The notes under the pieces are model-generated. The model was not told the origin of the DNA. It ran no database searches and was given only the letters and a program-made list of their open reading frames with translations. A stretch of 64,000 nucleotides of DNA from Eledone cirrhosa (lineage: Eukaryota), in contig OZ024743.1 of the NCBI GenBank assembly GCA_964016885.1, forward strand, positions 333,436,001-333,500,000. The letters are read 5' to 3'. Positions 10,342 to 18,108 of this stretch are shown here, in pieces (positions within the stretch are counted from its first letter, which is position 1; each line of letters begins with the position of its first letter). A program made the position numbers and the translations under genes.

Positions 10342-11610
10342 TGAAGACATCACCCGGATCACTGACAATCGGCTCATGGGTGGATGTTGTTTACCTTGAC
10401 TTTGCTAAGACTTTTAATTCTGTGCCACACAAAAGACTTATGGCAAAACTCTCTGCAATGGGTGTGAGGGATGATCTTTTTAACTGGTTGAAATCCTTCA
10501 TTCTCAGCCGAAAAGAGGTAGTCACGGTTCTAGGACAGCATTCTTCACCATATGAGATGTCATCTGGTGTACCACAGGGATCTGTTCTTGGTCCCCTTTT
10601 GTTTGTGGCATATATTGATGACATAGATGCCAACTTAAAGAATGCCACGGTACTGAAATATGCAGATGACATCAAGCTGTACCTTGAAATCAAAAGGACT
10701 GATCCTGAAATCTACAACTCTTTCCTACAATCAGACCTGAACACAATGCAGCAATGGATCACAGACTGGCAACTGAAGCTGGCAGTGGACAAGTGTACCA
10801 CCATGCATTTTGGGAGGAAAAATCCAGCGTCCACATACTCCCTCCACAACACTGATATCAAGAAGTCCTCTTGTGAACGTGACCTGGGCATTACTGTCAG
10901 CAGCGATTTGCGTTGGACAAAGCATGTCTCTAAGATTGTCAAGAAGGCTGAGGGTGTCTTGGCATCACTCAACAAGACCTTTGTTAGCCACTCTCCAGCC
11001 ATCTATTTAAAGCTGTATACAGCTATGGTACGACCACACTTAAAATTTGCATCATCAGTCTGAAACCCCTATCTTGCTCAGAACATTGACCTCCTGGAAA
11101 TTGTTCAGAGACGTGCAACCAAGCGCATACCCTCCATCAGACACCTACCATACTCTGAACGCCTTGCTTCCCTGGCAATGGACTTGGTAAACACCCACAA
11201 AGTTATTAACCATCTCGCCAACAACAACCCTGAGCACCTTTTTGATCTCCATATGTCTAACACACGTGGACATGCCTACAAAGTCAGAAAACAGCACAGC
11301 TCCCATGACTTTCGGAAACATTTTTTCATGCTCAGAGTTGCTGAAGCATGGAACAAACTGCCTGCGTCAGTTGTTAGCTGTCGAGGCACTGCATCCTTTA
11401 AAACCCTCATGCTTCCCGAAATTCGCCAAAACTACACCTGATGTACCCCTTCCATACACATGCACACGTGTATATCATGACTCATGCACTGTTCATTTTC
11501 CTGACGTTTGTACATTACCCTATGTACTATACATACACTTTTTGATGAGTTGTAGTGCACCTGAGCACTTCTATATAATATTTCATTATTATTATTATTA
11601 TTATTATTGT
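10342..11610 (+). mobile_element. 5'-truncated CR1-clade LINE (RT domain to 3' end, pseudogenised), (TAT)n tail
   Basis: RT motifs VYLDFAKTFNSVPH, SGVPQGSVLGPLLF, YADDIK, plus ERDLGI and TRGHAYK...FF.LRV..AWNKLP. Premature TGA at 11061-11063. Confidence 0.93.
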
Positions 11611-11619
11611 TGTTATTCC

Positions 11620-11937
11620 TTGAATCTCAGTCATTGATGTTGGTTAACTGGAAAGTCCGTTGGAATGAATATCAAGCCACTACCTGCAGCCTCAGATATT
11701 CAGGACGTATCGGAGGGTTCTTGCTGTTCCCAGCAAACATGCCTTTTGAAGCGTTCCAAAAAGCGTGAAGGGGCCGATTTTCTTTAACCATCCCTGGAAA
11801 CTTTTGGAGATAGTCCCCAGTGGGCCTATGACAATCGGGATCACTTTGACTTCATGGCAGTTCCAAATCCTTTTCACCTCCCACTTTAGGTCCTGGTATC
11901 GGTTAATTTTCTCCCTCTCCTTCTCTTGCACTCTCGT
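11620..11937 (-). mobile_element. 3' fragment of an R4/Dong-like RLE non-LTR retrotransposon inside a (TAA)n tract
   Basis: Minus ORF RVQEKEREKINRYQDLKWEVKRIWNCHEVKVIPIVIGPLGTI...LQKACLLGTARTLRYVL matches the EK..KY.DL...W...V.PIVIG.LG pattern. Flanked on both sides by (TAT)n. Confidence 0.8.
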
Positions 11938-11954
11938 TATTATTATTATTATTA

Positions 11955-12230
11955 TTATTATACCAAAAACCACCCAGTATTCACTGTAAAGTGGTTGTGT
12001 TGGTATTATAACAAAAAGCACCCAGTACTCACTGTAAAGTGGTTGTGTTGGTATTATAACAAAAAGCACCCAGTATTCACTGTAAAGTGGTTGTGTTGGT
12101 ATTATAACAAAAAGCACCCAGTACTCACTGTAAAGTGGTTGTGTTGGTATTATAACAAAAAGCACCCAGTACTCACTGTAAAGTGGTTGTGTTGGTATTA
12201 TAACAAAAAGCACCCAGTATTCACTGTAAA
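11955..12230 (+). repeat. 48-bp minisatellite (right part of the interrupted array, ~6 near-identical copies)
   Basis: TATTATAACAAAAAGCACCCAGTATTCACTGTAAAGTGGTTGTGTTGG repeated. Confidence 0.95.
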
Positions 12231-12373
12231 TGGCATCCACCTGTAGAAACCAAGCTAAAATCAGTTCTGTATGAGCGAGACATGGTCATCTGACTTGGCT
12301 TGTCTCATAATGGGATAACTCATCTAACCCATGCTAGCGTGGAAAATGGCCGTTAAACAGTGATGATGATGAT
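12231..12373 (+). mobile_element. SINE/LINE-type 3' tail ending in (GAT)n, following the VNTR
   Basis: GGCATCCACCTGTAGAAACC...TGGTCATCTGA...AACCCATGCTAGCGTGGAAAATGGCCGTTAAACAGT(GAT)n; homologous to 1540-1687. Confidence 0.8.
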
Positions 12374-12489
12374 CATGACAAATAATGGAGATTAAGCTAG
12401 TTTTTTGTTCTTTAATTTTAGACTTAGTTTTTCATTTTATTTTTACATTATTGTCCATTTTATTTGAAACATCTGTTACCACTGACCCC

Positions 12490-12708
12490 TCTTCTTCTTC
12501 TTCTTCTTCTTCTTCTTCTTCTTCTTCTTTTCCTTTTTCTTTTTCTTTTTCTTTTTCTTTTTCTTCTTCTTCTTCTTCTTCTTCTTCTTCTTCTTCTTCT
12601 TCTTCTTCTTCTTCTTCTTCTTCTTCTTCATTAGTCTATTTATTCACATTTGTATTTACAATTGCTATTCACTAGTTAAGTCAACCTTCCTGATCTCTCT
12701 GTGTGTAT

Positions 12709-12747
<39 letters not shown>

Positions 12748-12764
12748 TGAGAGAGAGAGAGAGA
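12490..12764. repeat. (TCT)n/(TTTTCT)n tract (12490-12629) and (GA)n tract (12709-12764)
   Basis: Direct reading. Confidence 0.95.
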
Positions 12765-12944
12765 GTAAGTTACTGTTAGAGTCAGTTACAGCTGTAAACA
12801 CTGATTTATGACCACAGTTCTTACACCAGACAGTCAACCTATCTGTTTATCATATCTCTATTGTGCTGCAAGATTACCATGTGTGAAAGTTGTCTTTCTA
12901 GGTATCAAGTTTGTCTCTCTCTTGAGAACTGACAGCAGTAAATC

Positions 12945-14270
12945 TATCATTACCTATTTCATTACCATATTTCTGTAAGACACCACCTATGTCATTACCC
13001 ATTTCATTACCATATTTTTAATGAAAGACACTGTCTATGCCTTTAACCCTTTCATTACCATATTTCTGTAAGACACCACCTATGTCATTAATCCTTTCAT
13101 TAGAATCTAAACTATAATAAAGTAAGGAGTGCAGGACTGTGTCCAGAATATATTTTTTTTATCCCATTTGTAAAATAAGTTGGATTACTTTGAATAAATA
13201 ATGAATGAATATTACATAATTTATCTACTAAATTTCGTTATTATTGATTAAATATAAATAATTTTGTTGCTTATTTTAAGATTCACTTCTTTAAAATTTT
13301 CAAATGTCAACACTTCCGGTTAGTGATCGCTTAAATAAATATTCATATATTTCCGTCACTAATTTTCTCCTAATGCAGTTTATATATAATATTGTCTTTT
13401 TAATGTACCATGAATTACGTTACTGATTACATAAGACAGTGTAATGCAGTCTTCGTTTAATTTCTGTGTATATTGTCAATTACGATTTTATTTGATGTAT
13501 CATATCTACATGTATATATACTTGCGTGTAATATCAATATATACACTACACAAGCTAGCAGAAAACCACCCGAAGGATGGTTTTTTTGCTAGTATTTCTA
13601 ATGAAAGACACTGTTTATGTCATTAACCCTTTCATTACCATATTTCTAATGAAAGACACCACCTATGTCATTAACCATTTCATTACCCATTTCATTACCA
13701 TATTTCTAATAAAAGACACTGTCTATGTCATTAACCCTTTCATTACCATATTTCTAATGAAAGACACTGTCTATGTCATTAACCCTTTCATTACAATATT
13801 TCTAATGAAAGACACTGTCTATGTCATTAACCCTTTCATTACCATATTTCTAATGAAAGACACTGTCTATGTCTTTAACCCTTTCATTACCATATTTCTA
13901 ATGAAAGACACTGTCTATGTCATTAACCCTTTCATTACCATATTTCTAATGAAAGACACTGTCTATGTCATTAACCCTTTCACTACCATATTTCTAATGA
14001 AAGACACTGTCTATGTCATTAACCCTTTCATTACCATATTTCTAATGAAAGACACTGTCTATGTCATTAACCCTTTCACTACCATATTTCTAATGCAAGA
14101 CACTGTCTATGTCATTAACCCTTTCACTACCATATTTCTAATGCAAGACACTGTCTATGTCATTAACCCTTTCTTCTAATGAAAGACACTGTCTATGTCA
14201 TTAACCCTTTCTTCTAATGAAAGACACTGTCTATGTCATTAACCTTTTCATTACCATATTTCTAATGAAA
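12945..14270 (+). repeat. 48-bp minisatellite, unit AATGAAAGACACTGTCTATGTCATTAACCCTTTCATTACCATATTTCT, interrupted by a Helitron-like insert
   Basis: 48-nt period over 13593-14270, degenerate copies at 12945-13105. Unit contains TTAACCCTTT...ACCATATTTC-AATGAAA, like the MITE end at 16596. Confidence 0.93.
13106..13592 (+). mobile_element. Non-autonomous Helitron-like element (487 bp)
   Basis: Starts TCTAAACTATAATAAAG after an A and ends CTAG before a T. Subterminal hairpin AAAACCACCCGAAGGATGGTTTT, no TSD. Splits one minisatellite unit at an A|T. Confidence 0.7.
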
Positions 14271-14404
14271 GGCACTGCTTGTGATTTTCAAATACTCAAG
14301 AATTGGATTTAGTACTATAACTAACTTAACAAATGTTCCTTTTTAGATAAAGGTTTTTAAAAAAAAAGTAAATCAGTGCTGGTTTCATGTTGTTGGGTTT
14401 ATTG

Positions 14405-14955
14405 TTATCTCTCCTCAAGATGTGCCTGTTGAAAGGGTTAAACTTTCTTCTCCTTCGGGTGTATATATTGAAAAGTTAAACTCTCCTCTCCTCCAGATGT
14501 GTCTATTGAAAGAGTTAAATCTCCTATCTTCCAGATGTGTCTTGAAAATGTCAAACATGCTAAATAAGTTCTCTTCTCCTCCAGATATGTTTATTGAATG
14601 TGTTAAACATGTACTGCTCTCCTCTCCTCCAGATGTTTTTATTGAATGTGTTAAACATGTACTGCTCTCATCTCCTCCAGATGTGTCTATTGAAAGGGTT
14701 AAAAATCTCTCCTCACCTCCAGATGTGTCTACTGTAAGGGTTAAACATGTCCTTCACTCCTCTCCTCCAGATGTGTTTATTGAATGTGTTGAACATTTTC
14801 TTTCCTCTTCTCCTTCAGATGTGTCTGCTGAAAGGGTTAAGCTTTCCTCTCCTCCAGATGTGACTATTGAATGTGTTAGCATGTTCTCCTTCTCTCCTCT
14901 CCTCCAGATGTATCTGTTGAAAGTGTTACACATGTTCTGATCTCTTCTCCTCCAG
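14405..14955 (+). repeat. Variable-length (~36-50 bp) tandem array of splice-acceptor copies upstream of exon F
   Basis: About 11 units of pyrimidine tract + CCAG + ATGTGTCTA, identical to the real exon F junction CTCCTCCAG|ATGTGTCTA. Confidence 0.9.
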
Positions 14956-15073
14956 ATGTGTCTACTGCTTTGCTGATCGACCTGCTGATCCCTATGCCAA
15001 GTTCTGTAATGTTTGTGGCAAAGAAGTTCCACCACTGCCCCAAAATCGATTACCTCCACCAGAGCCAGGGCAG
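14956..15073 (+). CDS. DZANK1: DZANK1-like exon F (zinc ribbon): (K)CVYCFADRPADPYAKFCNVCGKEVPPLPQNRLPPPEPGQ
   Basis: ctccAG / CAG|GTGATG; 118 nt, phase 2 to 0. Two CxxC pairs; matches recalled DZANK1 [26 protein letters not shown]...RLPPPEGAQ. Missed by the ORF track. Confidence 0.92.
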
Positions 15074-15099
15074 GTGATGTCACTTATAATTATGTAGTA

Positions 15100-15723
15100 T
15101 AATTGTGTCAATTGAAAGAGTTAAACTCTCCTATCTTCCAGATGTGTCTACAGAAAGAATTAAACTCTCCTATCTTCCAGATGTGTCTACAGAAAGAGTT
15201 AAACTCTCCTATCTTCCAGATGTGTCTAGTGAAAGAGTTAAACTCTCATATCCTTCAGATGTGTCTTAAAAGTGTCAAACATGTTCTTCTCTTCTTTACG
15301 CCTCTCCTCCAGATGTGTCTATTAAAAATGTTACATATGTTTCTCTCCTCCCCTCCAGATATGTCTATTAAAAGTGTTACATATGTTCCCCCCCTCCCCC
15401 CCAGATGTGTCTATTAAAATTGTTACATATGTTCCCCTCCTCTCCCCCAGATGTGTCTATTAAAAGTGTTACATATGTTCCCCTCCAGATGTGTCTATTA
15501 AAAGTGTTACATATGTTCCTCTCCTCCCCTCCAGATGTGTCTATTGAAAGTGTTACATATGTTCCCCTCCCCCCTCCAGATGTGTCTATTAAAAGTGTTA
15601 TATATGTTCCCCTCCAGATGTGTCTATTAAGTGTTACATATGTTCCCCTCCTCCCCTCCAGATGTGTCTATTAAAAGTGTTACATATGTTCCCCCCCTCC
15701 CCTCCAGATGTATCTATTAAAAG
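15100..15723 (+). repeat. Tandem array of the same splice-acceptor unit downstream of exon F (~14 copies)
   Basis: Units such as CCCCTCCAGATGTGTCTATTAAAAGTGTTACATATGTT and 39-bp CTCCTATCTTCCAGATGTGTCTACAGAAAGAGTTAAACT. Confidence 0.9.
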
Positions 15724-15888
15724 TATATGTATGTATGTTTATATGTATAAATATGTGTATATATGCATATATGTATATATGCATGTATATATGTATATGA
15801 ACTGTTTGTTGTTGACATGCTAACATTAAAAAATATATATCTGATATTATTGGAGCATTTAACTAACATTATTTTTTGATTTTTTTAG

Positions 15889-16101
15889 ATGGGTATGTGT
15901 ATCTATTGCAATTCATTGGTACCTTTCAACACAGCAACCTGTGTTGTCTGTGAAGGTCCAATACCTCTACAGAACCAACCCAAAGCCAGTATCAAATTGA
16001 CTGACCGACTTGTTTGTAGACTCTGTGGTACTGCTAACCCATGTAACCTTTCAGCATGTGTCATTTGTGACTCCAAACTTTCTAACACAACAAATCTTCA
16101 G
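15889..16101 (+). CDS. DZANK1: DZANK1-like exon G (double zinc ribbon): MGMCIYCNSLVPFNTATCVVCEGPIPLQNQPKASIKLTDRLVCRLCGTANPCNLSACVICDSKLSNTTNLQ
   Basis: ttttttAG / CAG|GTAAAA; 213 nt, phase 0 to 0. Four CxxC pairs; matches recalled DZANK1 [24 protein letters not shown]...VICRACGTGNP. Confidence 0.93.
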
Positions 16102-16122
16102 GTAAAAATATTATTGTTTTAT

Positions 16123-16497
16123 ATAATAATGAAAATTATTGTGTACAGTGCTCAGGTGCACTACAACTCATCAAAGGTGCATGTATAGTACATAGAATAA
16201 TGTACAAATGTCAGGAAAGTGAATAGTGTATGAGTCATGTGTATGGATGGGGGGGGGGGGATATCAGGTGTAGTGTTGGCGAATCTCAGGAAACATGGAG
16301 GTTTTGAAGGATGCAGTGTCTCGGCAGCTAACAACTGATGCAGGGAGTTTGTTCCATGCTTCAGCAACTCTGAGCGAGAAAAAATGTTTCCGAAAGTCAT
16401 GGGAGCTGTGCTGTTTTCTGACTTTGTTGGCATGCTCACGTGTGTTAGACACATGGAGATCAAAAAGGTGCTCAGGGTTGTTGTTGGCAAGATGATT
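16123..16497 (-). mobile_element. CR1 3' fragment, inverted relative to and same family as 10342-11610
   Basis: Minus ORF SNTREHANKVRKQHSSHDFRKHFFSLRVAEAWNKLPASVVSCRDTASFK... nearly matches 11178-11441; 3' UTR also aligns. Confidence 0.92.
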
Positions 16498-16595
16498 ATA
16501 ATGGTGACTGTTTAAGTGACTATTACTGCCTCCCTAAGGGTGTTGGCAGACTTGACCTTTTTGATACCAAACCACCTGATACAAAATTGTTTATT

Positions 16596-17978
16596 TTAAC
16601 CCTTTAATGACCATATTTCAAATGAAACACTCTCTTTTACTTAATTAATTTTGAGGGATTTACTAAAATTATCAATTATTTTATTACTAAGATTAGAGGG
16701 TGTTAAAGTTTGCTTGAAGCATTGTGAAATGTGTAAAATATGTAGTTTAGAAAGCCACAACAATGCAGATGGGAAATCTCGAGGTAGGAAGTGAGTGAGA
16801 AATAGGAGAAAAGTGAAAATTGAGAGAAACGAAAATGAAAACAAAACAAAGGTAGAAGGGTTACCGTAGTGGAGATTTAATCCCAATATTTCTGGCTTAC
16901 GCCCATCAACGGGGGAAAGTTCCAAAAGGGGGGGAACAAGCTAAGCTGGAGAAAGTTGTATTGTCGTTAAAACATAGAAATGCCGTTATGGGGAAAAATT
17001 CAAACGAGGGAAAGAATGCGCGTGCGCGTGATAGGCTGTGGCAAAAGCTACTGACCAATTGGGTTAAATCAATAGGGTGCGCTAGCGTGTGGAAGCCATA
17101 AAATATGTGTGTGTAAATATATATGTGTGTGTAACTGTGTGTATATGTGTATGTGTGTATGTATGTGAGTGTGTGTGTGTGAAAGATAGTGGGCCGTAGA
17201 AGCTGGAAATCAAAGGGTGTGAAAGGTGGTAGGTTGTATAAACATGTGTGCGTGTATAAATATAGATGTGTGTGTGTATGTGTATGGGTATACATATAAG
17301 TGCGTGTGTGTGAAAGATAGTAGGCCGTAGGGGCTGTTACTGGTCACTATGGTTAAATTAGCTATGTCAGCTCATTTCTCTCAGCCCGGTTGTTAAGTGG
17401 GGGTCTGAGGTTCTTAATAACAAGTGCTTCCTTTATCCTTAAGGATCCGATGCTGCGTTCAGTTGCTAGGACTGTGACCAAGGGTCTGCCCTGTGGGTTT
17501 CCGCATTTAAGGATGTGTTTACGGAAGGAAGATGCGTTGGTGTTGACATGTTCCTTGATACGAACATGTAGGGGTCGGATGGTGCTACCTATGTAAAACT
17601 TGTTACATTTATCGCATTGAATCTTATATACGACATAGGTGCGTAGGCAATCTGCCCCCCGTATCGGGCAGTTGCTGAGGGAACATGTCCCATCTGACTC
17701 GTCGGGTTTGTTGGAGAGGCATCTTCGGAGCGAAGGTCCTGTGTGGGCCAAATGTATGTCAAGTCCCTCCCTCCGTATGGCCCTGCGGATGGCGTTCGTG
17801 GTATATTCACTCAGGTGGGGGATTTTAAAGAAGCACCTGCTTTTATCTAAGTTACTAAGATTGTAACTTAATGTAAGGTTCTTATATAAAATTATGCTGG
17901 AAGATTTTAATTTAAATTGCAATCCTTATTTCATAGAACCAGAGCTGGTTTTGGCTGGGTTGGTAACTAAAGGGTTAA
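16596..17978. mobile_element. piggyBac-like MITE (TTAA TSDs, CCC-starting TIRs), split by a Penelope-like insertion
   Basis: TTAA|CCCTTTAATGACCA at 16596 and TGGTAACTAAAGGG|TTAA ending at 17978; 12/14 TIR match. About 210 bp after removing the insert. Confidence 0.72.
16695..17851 (-). mobile_element. Penelope-like element 3' part with GIY-YIG endonuclease, flanked by an 11-bp direct repeat
   Basis: ORF 17362-17850(-) contains VVYKIQCDKCNKFYIGSTIRPLHVRIKEH...LRIKEALVI...P.LN. TTACTAAGATT at 16684-16694 and 17852-17862. Confidence 0.88.
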
Positions 17979-18034
17979 GATGCTTATTTATATTTACCTA
18001 AATACCTTCTAACGTAATTTTATTTAACAACCTT

Positions 18035-18105
18035 TGGTTTCTGATTTAGGCATAAGGCCAACAATTTTTGGGGAGGGGAAAGTTGATTAAATTGACTCTA
18101 GTGCT
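18035..18105 (-). mobile_element. Reverse-oriented SINE 3' fragment abutting the satellite start
   Basis: GGTTTCTGATTTAGGCATAAGGCCAACAATTTTTGGGGAGGGGAAAGTTGA is the reverse complement of the 8925-8976 sequence. Confidence 0.8.
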
Positions 18106-18108
18106 TAC

